A DNA stretch of 64,000 nt from an uncultured delta proteobacterium (GCA_963803435.1 CAWDML010000008.1:288001-352000); one strand, 5' to 3'; shown: positions 10,293 to 20,691, counted from the stretch's first letter. The notes: generated by a model not told the origin, from the sequence alone. Numbers and translations are program-made.

Positions 10293-11104
10293 CCACCTGC
10301 GACGATGTTCGGCCGCTGCTGGTCGCCGGCGCGAGCCTCTCCGAGGCGGCCGTGCTTGATCATCTGGAGAGCTGCGAGGAGTGCGCGGCAAGGGCGGAGG
10401 CATCGGGCCTCCTCGAGACGTCCTTCGGGCGCGGCGACCGCGAGCTGCGGGAGCTGCTGATCAAGACCGAGACCCGCATCTCGATGGACGCCACGGCTTC
10501 GGGATGGCTGAAGAGCCGGCGTACCTGGGTTCGCGCGCTGTTGGCCGTGGCGTCGGGGACGCTGATCTTCGTCTACGTCCTGATGTGGATGCGACGGCCC
10601 GACTTCGATGCCTACCCGCGGGAGCGGATGCTGCTCACGATCGGGATGATGCTCGGGCTGATGGTCGCCAGCTTGTGGATGGGGTTGCGCTCCCTGGGCC
10701 GCCCACCGCTCCCGACCTGGCTCCAGCGCGGGTTGACGACCGTGGGCGTGGTGGCGGCTTTCCTGCTGGCGGCGATGCCGAGCGGTTACCTGACACCGCA
10801 GCAGTTCGTCAGCATGGAGCTCATCGACGTGCTGGGGACACCGTGCTTCTTCCTGGGACTGCTGTTCGGGGTCCCGGTCTATGCGCTGGCGCGCGTGCTC
10901 GATCGAGGCGCGAACCCGTTCTCTGCGATCTTGGCCGCGCTGGCGGCCGGTCTCACGGGCAACCTGGTGCTCGACGTGCACTGTCCGCGCAGCGATCCGA
11001 CACACCTGCTGTTCGGCCACTTCTCGGTGGTGCTCGTCTTCGTGCTCGCCGCGGGTTCTCTCTCGTGGATCGAGCGCCGCGTGCGACGCGCCCGTCGGGT
11101 ATGA
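10289..11104 (+). CDS. Membrane anti-sigma factor, zinc-binding HxxxCxxC plus NrsF/DUF1109-like multi-TM region
   Basis: GTGA overlap with sigma stop; HLESCEEC; about 6 TM helices; C-terminal HCPRSDPTHLLFGH. Confidence 0.78.
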   Translation: MTTCDDVRPLLVAGASLSEAAVLDHLESCEECAARAEASGLLETSFGRGDRELRELLIKTETRISMDATASGWLKSRRTWVRALLAVASGTLIFVYVLMWMRRPDFDAYPRERMLLTIGMMLGLMVASLWMGLRSLGRPPLPTWLQRGLTTVGVVAAFLLAAMPSGYLTPQQFVSMELIDVLGTPCFFLGLLFGVPVYALARVLDRGANPFSAILAALAAGLTGNLVLDVHCPRSDPTHLLFGHFSVVLVFVLAAGSLSWIERRVRRARRV

Positions 11105-11141
11105 CTCGATCCGGCGCGCAAAGTGTGCTGAGAAACCTGCG

Positions 11142-11486
11142 GTGACCAAGTCGAAGCTGAAGCAGGAGGTGCTCGATCTCTTCTGGCTCCTCGCGAACCC
11201 TCAGCGTCTTCGCATGTTCGAGCTGCTCGGCACCGGTGAGGCGCAGACGATCGACGAGCTCTCCCAGGAGGTCGGGATCAACACGTCCTCGATCAGCATG
11301 GCCCTGCGGCACTTTCGTACGTTCAGGTTTCTGACCGAGCTCGATCAGGAGGGGCGGCTCTACTACTACGGGCTCGACAAAGAGCGAATCGTGGCCGCGC
11401 TGTACGCGCTGGTGGCCGCGGCCGAGCTGGAGCTGACCCCGCGATCGAAGACCAAGAAGAAGAGCGCCAAGAAGAAGAAGAAGTGA
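11142..11486 (+). CDS. ArsR/SmtB-family winged-helix regulator
   Basis: LANPQRLRMFELL..IDELSQEVGINTSSISMALRHFR..QEGRLYYY; Lys-rich tail. Confidence 0.75.
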   Translation: MTKSKLKQEVLDLFWLLANPQRLRMFELLGTGEAQTIDELSQEVGINTSSISMALRHFRTFRFLTELDQEGRLYYYGLDKERIVAALYALVAAAELELTPRSKTKKKSAKKKKK

Positions 11487-12373
11487 CCGTGCGCTGGCCC
11501 CGCTTCAAGATCATCTTCGCCGCGCTGGCGCTGCTCGCGGGCGTCCTCAGCTGGGGCGCGGTCTACCACAATCGCGAGCGCGACCAGCTCGCGATCGCGG
11601 AGGCGAAGCTCGATCGTGCTCTCGCCGACAAGCGCGCGATCGCCGCCGATCTCACCACGCAGACGGAGGCGCTCGCGGATCTCCAGCACCGGCTGGAGGA
11701 GGCGCGCCGCCGGACGACGCCGGACCTCGGAGCGCTGAAGACCGCGCTGGCTCCGCTGCACGCGACGCTGGTCCGCGAGGCCGGAGGTGCCGAGGCGCTG
11801 CTCCCGTTCACGCTGACCGGAACCCAAGGGTCGACGCTCACGGCCGCGCTCGACGTGCTCGCGGCGACGGGGCACCTGATCGACGGGCGCTCGGTCGAAG
11901 TCGGCGAGGGTGGCTGGAGCGCGGAGCTGGTCGGACACGTCTACGTTCCGGAGCCGCCGCTACCAGAGGCCCCGCCGGATCCGGTGCCCTGGTACGGATT
12001 CGTGAACACCTCGGTCCGCGAGCGGATCGATCGGAAGAAGGCCGAGCTGGCCTCGCTCGACCAGCAGCTCGGCCGGCTGGTGGAGCTGCCCGTCCTCGAG
12101 GACGAGCTCGACGCGCGCGCGGTCATGATCGACCGCTTCGGGCAGGACCGGATCGATCTCTTGGGGCTGGCCGGTTCGCTCTTCGGCGGCCCGCATCCGG
12201 TCTTTGTCACCGGTCGCCTGGAGCGATCGCCCTCCGCGGAGCGAGGCGGATTGCTGGGCCGCTTGGGGCGACCGATGAAAGATTCAGAGCTGACGGCCCT
12301 GTTCGGACCAGAGCTGACGGTCCGCATCGTTCGACGCTACGGTGACACCGTGGAGATCGCGTTCCACAGATGA
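11483..12373 (+). CDS. Hypothetical membrane-anchored coiled-coil protein
   Basis: Overlaps both neighbours by 4 nt; N-terminal TM helix followed by heptad-like segments. Confidence 0.6.
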   Translation: MTVRWPRFKIIFAALALLAGVLSWGAVYHNRERDQLAIAEAKLDRALADKRAIAADLTTQTEALADLQHRLEEARRRTTPDLGALKTALAPLHATLVREAGGAEALLPFTLTGTQGSTLTAALDVLAATGHLIDGRSVEVGEGGWSAELVGHVYVPEPPLPEAPPDPVPWYGFVNTSVRERIDRKKAELASLDQQLGRLVELPVLEDELDARAVMIDRFGQDRIDLLGLAGSLFGGPHPVFVTGRLERSPSAERGGLLGRLGRPMKDSELTALFGPELTVRIVRRYGDTVEIAFHR

Positions 12374-13836
12374 CCATGCGGGTCGGCCGGGTCGCGTTGA
12401 TCGCCGGGCCGCTCCTGGCGCTCCTGGTCTACCTGGTCCTCCCCGACACGTACGGCCCCGACGCGGTCCCCTTCGCGCACGCAGGCAAGGCGTCCGCCGC
12501 GCTCGGCGTGTGGATGGCCGTGTGGTGGCTGACGGAGGCGGTGCACGTGTCGGTGACGGCGCTGCTCCCGATCCCGCTCCTCCCGCTGCTCGGAGCGACG
12601 AAGGTGGACGCGGCCACCGCGCCCTACGGCAACCCGGTCATCTTTCTGTTCATGGGCGGCTTCGTCCTGTCGCTGGCGATGGAGCGCTGGGGCCTGCACA
12701 AACGCATCGCTCTGGGCACGCTGCGCCTCGTGGGGAGCCGACCCGCGAACGTGGTGGGCGGGTTCATGCTCGCCTCGGCCTTCCTCAGCCTCTGGGTCTC
12801 GAACACCGCGACCGCCGTGCTGATGCTCCCGATCGGCCTCTCGGTGATCGAGACGGCGTTTCCGGCGGCCGGCGAGGCGCTGGAGCGGAAGGAGCTCCCG
12901 GAGGTCGGACGGAACTTCTGCATCTGCCTCATGCTCGGCATCGCCTACGCCTGCTCGATCGGCGGGCTCGGCACGCTGATCGGCACCCCGCCCAATCTCT
13001 TCCTGGCGTCCTTCGCGAAGGGTCAGCTCGGCCGCGAGATCACGTTCGCGCGCTGGTTGATCGTCGGCCTGCCGCTGGTGGCTGTCTTTCTGCCCCTGAC
13101 GTGGCTGCTCTTGACGCGCGCGCTGTTCCCGATCCGCATCGAGTCGCTCCAGGGCGGCGAAGACTTCGCGAAGCGCGCCTACGCGGAGCTCGGGCCGATG
13201 AAGCGCGGTGAGTGGATCGTCCTCTTCCTCTTCGCCTGCGCGGCCGGTCTCTGGATCTTCCGCCCGCTGATCCCGATCCCTGGACTCTCCGACACCTCGA
13301 TCGCGATGACCGTCGCGATCCTGACATTCGTGCTCCCGGTCGAGCGCGCCGGGGGCAAGACCATCTCGGTGCTGGACTGGTCGGCGATGAAGCGGCTCCC
13401 CTGGGGCATCCTGCTCCTCTTCGGCGGCGGACTCAGCCTCGCCGACGCGCTCGAATCCACGGGGGTCAGCCGACTCATGGGCGCCGGCTTCTCCTCGCTC
13501 GGCGCCCTCCCGCACGTGGTGATCGTGTTCGGCGTCGTCACCACGATCGTGTTTCTCACCGAGCTCACCAGCAACACCGCCACCGCCGCCACGCTGGTGC
13601 CGATCCTCGCCGGCGTGGCTGGCGGGCTCGGGATCGATCCATACCTCTTGATCGTGCCGGCGGCGATCTCGGCCAGCTGCGCGTTCATGCTCCCCGTCGC
13701 GACCCCGCCGAACGCGGTCGTCTTCGGCTCGGGCTTCGTCTCCATCCGCCAGATGGCCCGCGCCGGGCTCTGGCTCAACCTGATCGCGATCCCGCTGGTC
13801 ATGGTGGTGACGTACCTGTTGGTGCCGCTCCTCTGA
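12370..13836 (+). CDS. SLC13/DASS-family sodium:di/tricarboxylate or sulfate symporter
   Basis: WVSNTAT, IGTPPN, ELTSNTAT and FMLPVATPPNA motifs. Confidence 0.93.
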   Translation: MTMRVGRVALIAGPLLALLVYLVLPDTYGPDAVPFAHAGKASAALGVWMAVWWLTEAVHVSVTALLPIPLLPLLGATKVDAATAPYGNPVIFLFMGGFVLSLAMERWGLHKRIALGTLRLVGSRPANVVGGFMLASAFLSLWVSNTATAVLMLPIGLSVIETAFPAAGEALERKELPEVGRNFCICLMLGIAYACSIGGLGTLIGTPPNLFLASFAKGQLGREITFARWLIVGLPLVAVFLPLTWLLLTRALFPIRIESLQGGEDFAKRAYAELGPMKRGEWIVLFLFACAAGLWIFRPLIPIPGLSDTSIAMTVAILTFVLPVERAGGKTISVLDWSAMKRLPWGILLLFGGGLSLADALESTGVSRLMGAGFSSLGALPHVVIVFGVVTTIVFLTELTSNTATAATLVPILAGVAGGLGIDPYLLIVPAAISASCAFMLPVATPPNAVVFGSGFVSIRQMARAGLWLNLIAIPLVMVVTYLLVPLL

Positions 13837-13927
13837 GCCGGCGACGTAGACGTCACCACGCTCCCGCTCGCTCCACGAGATCGCCACCGGCAAGCTCGTC
13901 CCGAGCGGGACCGCAAATCTCTACTGG

Positions 13928-15508
13928 TTATGGCTGGATGCGAGGCTCGGTCGAAGGTGGCTCCGCGCCTTCGAACCGGGCGAGAAGGCCGGGCATTGCC
14001 TGCTCCGAGAAGAGGGCCCCGATGGCGGCGATTTCTCTCGCGCGACCAAAGTCGAGCCAGCCGACCTCTTGCACCGGAATGCTGATGACCAGCGGTGCAC
14101 CGCGGAGTTGCTCCCGGACCAGCGCCGTGTGCACGAGGGCAGCGGCGCGGACGGCGATTTCATGCGTGCTCCCATAATCCTGAACGATCCGCTGGGGACG
14201 CTCTAGCTGAATTGCACAGACGGGAGACTGCAATCCGAGGTTTGTCCCGGCCACAATGGGGACCTCGGCCATGGTGGACCCATCGATCAGCAGGCGGTCA
14301 ACCCAAGGTTCAGGTGGGAAGAGGCCCGGAATGGCGCAGCTCGCTCGGAGAGCCCGGTGCAAGGAGCCATGCAGCAGCACCGCCGATCTCCCCGCGATCA
14401 GATCGGTGGCCGCCGCCGCGAATGGTAAACCGAGCGATTCTATGGGCCGATCCTCGCCGACGAGGCTCCGAATAAACTCTGTGAAGAGCTCGTGCGTCAC
14501 CGCGGATAGATCAGTATCGGAAAGGAACGCCATGCTGCTCTCGCGGAAGTAGCTCTCCCTGGACCGCGGCACGTTGGATCGGCTACGGAACCTTACGAAC
14601 GCTCGACGTATTTGCCGATAGGGCGCGCTTCGTGGGAATGCCAGGAAGCGCTCGACGATCTCGTCTTCCGTGAGACCGGACGCGAACATCGCTCCGACGA
14701 GAGCACCAGCGCTGGTTCCCGCGATCCCCGTGATGCTCACGCCGTGGCGACGGAGCGTCCGGATGACACCGATGTGGGCCATCGCTCGGGCCGCGCCCCC
14801 GCCGAGAGCGAGTGTGACCTGAGCGCCCGCAGGAACTGACGGAACCCTGCGCCCCTGCGCTCGGGCTGGCTGCGACCGCAGCTCGGCGCCCGAGGGCGCG
14901 GTCAGCCGCTCTCCTTCAATCCTCATGCACTGCTCCAGCAGGTCTGCTGCGCTCTCCGTCTCCGGGCCTGAGCTGGCAATGCGAACCAAGACCTGCACCT
15001 CTTCGGGGAGGCGTTCAGGTCCCTCGAGGAGGGCTGAGCCGAGACGCGCAATCAACGAATTCGCCACGTGAGCTGACGCGCCGGGAAGCACCGTCAGATA
15101 ACTCGACTCCGAAATTCGACCCACCGCGTCGGTCAACCGGAACAGGTGCGTGGTCGCTTGCTGTAATCGATCGTGCGCACGCCGACGGACAGCATCCGAA
15201 CACCAGTTCGGCACTACCAGATCGAGGTGCAGCGCAAGCAACGAGCGAGACTTCCTCCGCGCCCGGCGGATCTCGAAATCCAGCACTTCCAGGATGACTT
15301 CTCGGCTGGTTAGTCCGCTCTCAGGATCCACCACCTCCGGAAAATCAGCGGTTGACTCGCCGACATCCTGGGTCAGGAGCGCGACGACCTGGTTGACGAA
15401 ATCGAGAATGCTTGCCTCGTTGTGCCCAGCGGACCGGAGCTCACGATAGACCGTACGTGCGATGATGGACGTCGCGCGGAAGAGCTCACCAGGGCCTCTC
15501 GCAGCCAT
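13928..15508 (-). CDS. Patatin-like phospholipase with N-terminal degenerate GGDEF-like domain
   Basis: GGGAARAMAHIGV, GTSAG, ASCAIPGLF, LIDGS; upstream DPESGL..R..L..EIRRARR..L..D..RLTDAVGRISESSYLTVLP. Confidence 0.82.
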   Translation of the reverse strand: MAARGPGELFRATSIIARTVYRELRSAGHNEASILDFVNQVVALLTQDVGESTADFPEVVDPESGLTSREVILEVLDFEIRRARRKSRSLLALHLDLVVPNWCSDAVRRRAHDRLQQATTHLFRLTDAVGRISESSYLTVLPGASAHVANSLIARLGSALLEGPERLPEEVQVLVRIASSGPETESAADLLEQCMRIEGERLTAPSGAELRSQPARAQGRRVPSVPAGAQVTLALGGGAARAMAHIGVIRTLRRHGVSITGIAGTSAGALVGAMFASGLTEDEIVERFLAFPRSAPYRQIRRAFVRFRSRSNVPRSRESYFRESSMAFLSDTDLSAVTHELFTEFIRSLVGEDRPIESLGLPFAAAATDLIAGRSAVLLHGSLHRALRASCAIPGLFPPEPWVDRLLIDGSTMAEVPIVAGTNLGLQSPVCAIQLERPQRIVQDYGSTHEIAVRAAALVHTALVREQLRGAPLVISIPVQEVGWLDFGRAREIAAIGALFSEQAMPGLLARFEGAEPPSTEPRIQP

Positions 15509-15795
15509 GAACCATCCCTACCCTAGGGTCGATTTGATTGCGACTTGTGGAAAGGTAATCGCAACGGAGCTCGAGCGGTTGTTCGTGCTTCGGCGCGTCT
15601 GCCGTCGAGCACAACGACGAGCTCGGCGTGCCGTCCTGGAGGAGCCGCTCCCGATCGCCGATCGACGTAGAAGCCCGCGAGCAGGGCGTAGCGCTCGGCG
15701 ATAGTCGTGATCTTGCCGGACGAGAGCAGCATCCACCGGGTCGGCGACGTGTGCTTCGTCGAAGACGACACGGTCGAGTGGCGCAAGCCGGAACC

Positions 15796-17034
15796 TCACT
15801 CGTACCGCAGCGCTTCGACCGGGTTGAGCCGGGAGGCGCGCCAGGCGGGGAACAGTCCGAAGACCACGCCGGTGAGGACGGCCAGGCCCAGGCCGAGGGC
15901 GATCGACCAGGGGACCACGTGGAAGCTCCAGGATCCGAACGCCTGGCGGAGGCCGAACGCGACCAGCCAGCAGGTGCCGATCCCTCCCAGGACGCCGACG
16001 ACGCCGCCGGCCAGGGAGACGGTGGCGGCCTCCAGCAGGAACTGCACCCAGATCGCCCGGGGATTGGCGCCGACGGCGCGGCGGATCCCGATCTCTCGGG
16101 TCCGCTCGGTGACGGTGACCAGCATGATGTTCATGATGTTGATCCCGCCGACGAACATCGACATCAGCCCGGTGCCGACCAAGAGGATCTCGATGATCGA
16201 GATGATGAGGTGCTCCTGCTGGTCACCCTTCCGATCGTCGAGCTTGAAGTTCTTCACTCCCAGGTGGCGGCGCAGCAGCACCTTCTCGGCGACCGCGCCG
16301 ATCGTGTTCATCCAGCGCTCGGTCGCGCCGGAGCCGCGCACCCGGAGGAAGATCGAGTCGACCCGATGCGTGGGCGAGAGCGCGGCGTCGTAGGCCACCT
16401 GCGGGATCAGCACCTTGCGGTCCCACATCCAGGTGCCCGTGCCGTGGCCCATGGTGGGCTTGTGCGCCAGGATGCCGACGATCGTGAAGCTGAGGTGATC
16501 GATCGTGAGCTGGCGGCCGAGCACGTTTTCGTCCTTGTCGAGGAGCTCCTCCCAGATCTCGTGTCCGATCACCGCCACGCGGCGTCCCGCGTCCATGTCG
16601 GTGTCGTCGAGGAAGCGTCCGATCTGCACGTTGAGCCGGTAGAGGTCGATCGAGCCGGGATTTCCGCCGACCAGCCGGACGCGCTTCTGCCGGCCCTTCC
16701 AATAGGCGCGCGCCTCGAGGCGGCTCTCGATGGCGACGTCGACCGAGGGGAGCTGCGGCGACCCGTCCAGGGCGTGTCCGTCGCTTCGGGACAGCTCGCG
16801 CTGGGCCTTCTCGAGCTGGTTCGCCGGCGCCTCGTCCTTGTCGATGCGGAGCGTGTCGGTGTCGTTGATGCCCTGGTTCATCTTGACCAGCGACTCCTCG
16901 GCGCCCTGGAGCAGGCCGGCCAGCATGACGATCGAGCCGGTGCCGATCACGATGCCGAGGAGGGTCAGCGCCGAGCGCGCGCGGTTGATCGCGAACGTGT
17001 GCGTGATGCCGCGGAGGTGGTCGAGCGTTCTCAT
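15796..17034 (-). CDS. ABC transporter permease (MacB/FtsX family)
   Basis: RSALTLLGIVIG; VGGINIMNIMLVTVTERTREIGIRRAVGA; PAWRASRLNPVEALRYE; ATG 17034 overlaps upstream stop. Confidence 0.93.
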   Translation of the reverse strand: MRTLDHLRGITHTFAINRARSALTLLGIVIGTGSIVMLAGLLQGAEESLVKMNQGINDTDTLRIDKDEAPANQLEKAQRELSRSDGHALDGSPQLPSVDVAIESRLEARAYWKGRQKRVRLVGGNPGSIDLYRLNVQIGRFLDDTDMDAGRRVAVIGHEIWEELLDKDENVLGRQLTIDHLSFTIVGILAHKPTMGHGTGTWMWDRKVLIPQVAYDAALSPTHRVDSIFLRVRGSGATERWMNTIGAVAEKVLLRRHLGVKNFKLDDRKGDQQEHLIISIIEILLVGTGLMSMFVGGINIMNIMLVTVTERTREIGIRRAVGANPRAIWVQFLLEAATVSLAGGVVGVLGGIGTCWLVAFGLRQAFGSWSFHVVPWSIALGLGLAVLTGVVFGLFPAWRASRLNPVEALRYE

Positions 17035-18257
17035 CGCCGGATCGCCTCCACCGGGTCGAGCCGGCCGGCGCGTCGGGCGGGGAAGAAGCCGAAGACGACC
17101 CCGATGCCGATCGAGACGATCAGCGCGATCATCACCGCCGCGTACGAGATCTCGCCGATCCACAGCGGCTGCAGCTTCAGGATCAACAGGTTGGCCCCGA
17201 CGGCGGCCGCCACTCCGGCCAGGGTGCCCGACAGCCCGCCCGCGCCCGCCAACACGGCGGCCTCGCACAGGAACTGGGAGGCGATCGCGCTGGGGCTGGC
17301 GCCGAGCGCCTTGCGGATGCCGATCTCCCGGGTCCGCTCCGAGACGCTCACCAGCATCATGTTCATGACGCCGATCCCACCGACCACCAGCGCGATGCCG
17401 GCGATCAGACCGACCACCGCCTCCATCGTCGCGAACATCACGTCGAGCTGGGCCATAAACGCGTTGAAGTCCCAGATCTGGAAGTCGTCGATCGCGCCGT
17501 GACGATCCACCAGGATCGCGTTGGCGATCCGCTTCACGATGTCGTTCGAGGTGACCGCATCGGTGCGGATCTGGATGAACGATCCCGAGACCACCTTCGG
17601 CCGCGTGTCCGCGAGCGTATCGTGCGGCATCGCGACGAAGTCGAGCCATTCGAAGCCGAAGTTGGTGTCCCAGTGATCGACCTTGGCGAGCTTGCCGATC
17701 ACCTGGCACCGATCGCCGTCGACGGAGATCCAGCGGCCCACCATGCGCTGCCCCTCGCCGAGCTTGTCCGCCAGGTCGTGTGCGATCACGCAGACCCGCG
17801 CATGCTGGCGATTCTCCTCCTCGGTGAAGAGACGACCGTCCTCGATCCGCAGGTTCAACACGGCGAAGAAGCCGGCGTCGGCTGCCACCAGATCGCTCCG
17901 AACGGTGGTGCCGCGGTCGTCCAGGACGTCGGAGCGACCCAGCGTGGCGTACATCGAGCGCGCGGCGGTGTGGGGCAGCGCCGCGAACAGGAGGTCCCGA
18001 TCCCGCTCGGAGATCTCGCCACGGGAGGCGCTGGCGCGGTTGGGGACACGCTCCGGCTGCTTCGGGGCGATCATGATGATCTGCGCGCCGCCCAGCTCCT
18101 GGATGTCGCGGACCAGCGTGGTGAGCCCGCTCTCGGCCAGCGAGGACATGAGCACGATCGAGAACGCGCCCAGCGTGATGCTGGAGACAGTCAGCGAGGA
18201 GCGGAACTTGTGGGCCCGCAGCGCTCGCAGCGCGATCCGAACGTACTCGCGCCACAT
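17031..18257 (-). CDS. ABC transporter permease (MacB/FtsX family)
   Basis: VGGIGVMNMMLVSVSERTREIGIRKALGA; PARRAGRLDPVEAIR. Confidence 0.93.
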   Translation of the reverse strand: MWREYVRIALRALRAHKFRSSLTVSSITLGAFSIVLMSSLAESGLTTLVRDIQELGGAQIIMIAPKQPERVPNRASASRGEISERDRDLLFAALPHTAARSMYATLGRSDVLDDRGTTVRSDLVAADAGFFAVLNLRIEDGRLFTEEENRQHARVCVIAHDLADKLGEGQRMVGRWISVDGDRCQVIGKLAKVDHWDTNFGFEWLDFVAMPHDTLADTRPKVVSGSFIQIRTDAVTSNDIVKRIANAILVDRHGAIDDFQIWDFNAFMAQLDVMFATMEAVVGLIAGIALVVGGIGVMNMMLVSVSERTREIGIRKALGASPSAIASQFLCEAAVLAGAGGLSGTLAGVAAAVGANLLILKLQPLWIGEISYAAVMIALIVSIGIGVVFGFFPARRAGRLDPVEAIRR

Positions 18258-19369
18258 CAGAGCTTGACCTCGTTGTCCTTCGAGGAGGCCGGATCGATCA
18301 GCAGCGCCTCACCCTCCTCGACGCCGGAGGTGATCTCGATCTCCCGGTCGTTGCGCGCGCCCAGCTCCACCTCGGCCTGGGCGGTCGTCTCCTTTCCCTC
18401 GGCCATGATGATCTTCGTGACGTACGCCTTGCCTTCCTTCTTGACGACGGCCTCGATCGGGACCGCGAAGACGTTCGCGCGGGTCTCGATCTGGAAGCGT
18501 ACGTCGGCGGTCATGCCCGGCTTGATCGAGTCGTCCACCGCCACCAGCGTCGCCTCCACCGGGAAGACCTCGATGTCCTTGTTCTTCGCCGCCTTGACCG
18601 CAGCCGGCGCGGTCTTCGTGACCTTGGCCTCGAAGGTCTTGCCGGGCAGCGCGTCGAACGTGAGCGTCGCCCGCTGGTCCAGCTGGATGCGGGCCACATC
18701 GATCTGGTTCAGCTCGCACCGCACGATCAGCGTCGAGAGATCGCCGATCGTCAGCAGTGGTCGCCCCTCGAACGTTTGCTGGACCCCTGGCGTCACCACC
18801 TCGCCCTGCTTGATCCCGAGCTCCAGTACGGTCCCGTCGATCGGCGAGGTGATGCGCGTGTAGCGCAGGCGATCGCGGGCGGTCTCGAGGGCGATCTGCG
18901 CGCTCCGGAGGGCCACCGTCTTCGCCTTGAACTCGTTCATCGCCAGGTCCACGTCGACCTGGGCCACGCCGCGGTCGGCCAGCCCACGCTTCTTCCGGTC
19001 GAGGTTGAGCTGGGCGAACTCGAGCCCGATCTTGGCCATCGCCACGTCGGCGTCGGCCCGCGCCACCTCACGCTCGTAGTCGATCGGATCGAGCCGCAGC
19101 AAAAGCTGGCCCTTCTTCACGTGGACGCTCTCGTCCACCGGTACCTCGACGACCTGGCCCGCCACCTTCGACTTGATCTCGATCTTCTCCTCCGGTTCGA
19201 CCTTGCCGGTGTCGACCACCTCGATGGCGAGATCGTGCCGTTTCACGGTCACGCGGAGGGCGGCGTCCTTGGAGATCGTCTGGGCGTCCGAGCGCGTGCT
19301 CAGATAGATGCCGGTGCCGATGGCGCCGGCGACAGCGAGGACGAGCATCCAGCGAATCTTGACCTTCAT
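18257..19369 (-). CDS. Periplasmic adaptor / membrane fusion protein (MacA-like)
   Basis: TGKVEP..IKSKVAGQV..VKKGQLL; ITSPIDGTV; IKPGMTA. Confidence 0.92.
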   Translation of the reverse strand: MKVKIRWMLVLAVAGAIGTGIYLSTRSDAQTISKDAALRVTVKRHDLAIEVVDTGKVEPEEKIEIKSKVAGQVVEVPVDESVHVKKGQLLLRLDPIDYEREVARADADVAMAKIGLEFAQLNLDRKKRGLADRGVAQVDVDLAMNEFKAKTVALRSAQIALETARDRLRYTRITSPIDGTVLELGIKQGEVVTPGVQQTFEGRPLLTIGDLSTLIVRCELNQIDVARIQLDQRATLTFDALPGKTFEAKVTKTAPAAVKAAKNKDIEVFPVEATLVAVDDSIKPGMTADVRFQIETRANVFAVPIEAVVKKEGKAYVTKIIMAEGKETTAQAEVELGARNDREIEITSGVEEGEALLIDPASSKDNEVKL

Positions 19370-20691
19370 TCTTTGTCTCCGATGATCGATCCGAGCGACG
19401 CGTCGAGCTCGAGCCAGGCGAGCTGCAGCTCGGAGGTGGTGTCTGCAATCCGGCGCTCGACGTCGAGTAGCTCGATCTCCGTATCGAGCAGCTCGAACAC
19501 CAGCGCCTCGCCGTTCTCGTAGCGCTTCTGGATGATCTCGACGTTGTCCCGCGCGACCGCCTCCGCAGGCGCCAGCCGCGACCGCACCTGGTGGAGGTGG
19601 AGCACCCGCGCCCGGGCGGTGCGGACGTCCGACTCGACGACACGCCCGACGCGGCGGATCTCTTCGGCGAGGCGCGACTGCTCGTACTCGGCGTCCTTCA
19701 CGGCGGTGTACGTGTTGAGCGTGTCGAAGAGGTTGATCGAGAGCGTCGCGCCGACCTGGAAGTCGCCGGCCGTGTTCGAGAACGGGTTCGTGGAGGCGAA
19801 CACGGCGCGCGATCCGACGCCGGCCAGGAAGGGGTTGTTGCCGTACTGGAAGAGGCCGAACACGCTCAGCTGGGGGTAGTAGCCCGACGCGGCGATGTCG
19901 ACCGACTCCCGCTGCGCGTCGAACCGCTTCTTCGCCGAGAGCACCTCCGGGCGCGCGCCGAGCGCGTCGTCGATCAACCGGTCGACCGGGGGCGGCAGCC
20001 GCTCGGGGATACGCGGCTCATCGATCAGGGTCACGCGGTCGTCGATGCCCAGCGCCACCGCGAGCTGCGCGGTCGCCTCCAGGAGCGAGCCGTCGAGGTC
20101 CGCGAGAGTGACCTCCTGGAGGAGCCGGCGCGAGCTCGCGCGGTTCTCGTCGATCGCGGAGGCCAGCCCGGCTCGCACCCGCGAGCGCGCGATCTGCTCG
20201 GCGTTGCGGAGGCGATCGAGCGCCCGGGCCTGCACGTCGCGGAGCAATCCGAGCTTGCGGACCGACCAGTAGGCGCGGGCCACCGCCAGCGACACGTCCT
20301 TCCTCTGGGACCGCACGTCCTGATCGGCGGCATCCTCGAGGTCTTCGGCTCGCCCGACGTTCGACTCGACGCGGAAACCGGAGAAGACCGGCACGTTCAG
20401 GCTGGCGGACGCGTTCGACAGGCCGAGGCCGCCGGTGAACGCGCCCTCCTGATCTCCGCCGATGTTGGACTGCGTCCACAGCTCCTGGAGCTGCGCGTCC
20501 ACCTTGAGACTGAAGCGATCGAGCTGCGCGCGCAGGACCGCCAGCTGAGAACGATCGCGGACGATCCGCGCGGCGCCTACGGTCGGGTCGGTCCCGAGGG
20601 CCAGCTCCACGGCTTCATCGAGCGTGAGCGTGCGCGTGGCCGTCTCGCTCGGCGGAGCGCCGAGCAAGAGGAGAATCAAGGCGCAACTCAT
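19366..20691 (-). CDS. TolC-family outer-membrane efflux protein
   Basis: LTLDEAVELAL, VARAYW, RPEV..A.SGYYPQL, YENG..FELLD; true ATG at 20691 (the ORF-track N-terminus is a shadow of the ATPase gene). Confidence 0.88.
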   Translation of the reverse strand: MSCALILLLLGAPPSETATRTLTLDEAVELALGTDPTVGAARIVRDRSQLAVLRAQLDRFSLKVDAQLQELWTQSNIGGDQEGAFTGGLGLSNASASLNVPVFSGFRVESNVGRAEDLEDAADQDVRSQRKDVSLAVARAYWSVRKLGLLRDVQARALDRLRNAEQIARSRVRAGLASAIDENRASSRRLLQEVTLADLDGSLLEATAQLAVALGIDDRVTLIDEPRIPERLPPPVDRLIDDALGARPEVLSAKKRFDAQRESVDIAASGYYPQLSVFGLFQYGNNPFLAGVGSRAVFASTNPFSNTAGDFQVGATLSINLFDTLNTYTAVKDAEYEQSRLAEEIRRVGRVVESDVRTARARVLHLHQVRSRLAPAEAVARDNVEIIQKRYENGEALVFELLDTEIELLDVERRIADTTSELQLAWLELDASLGSIIGDKE

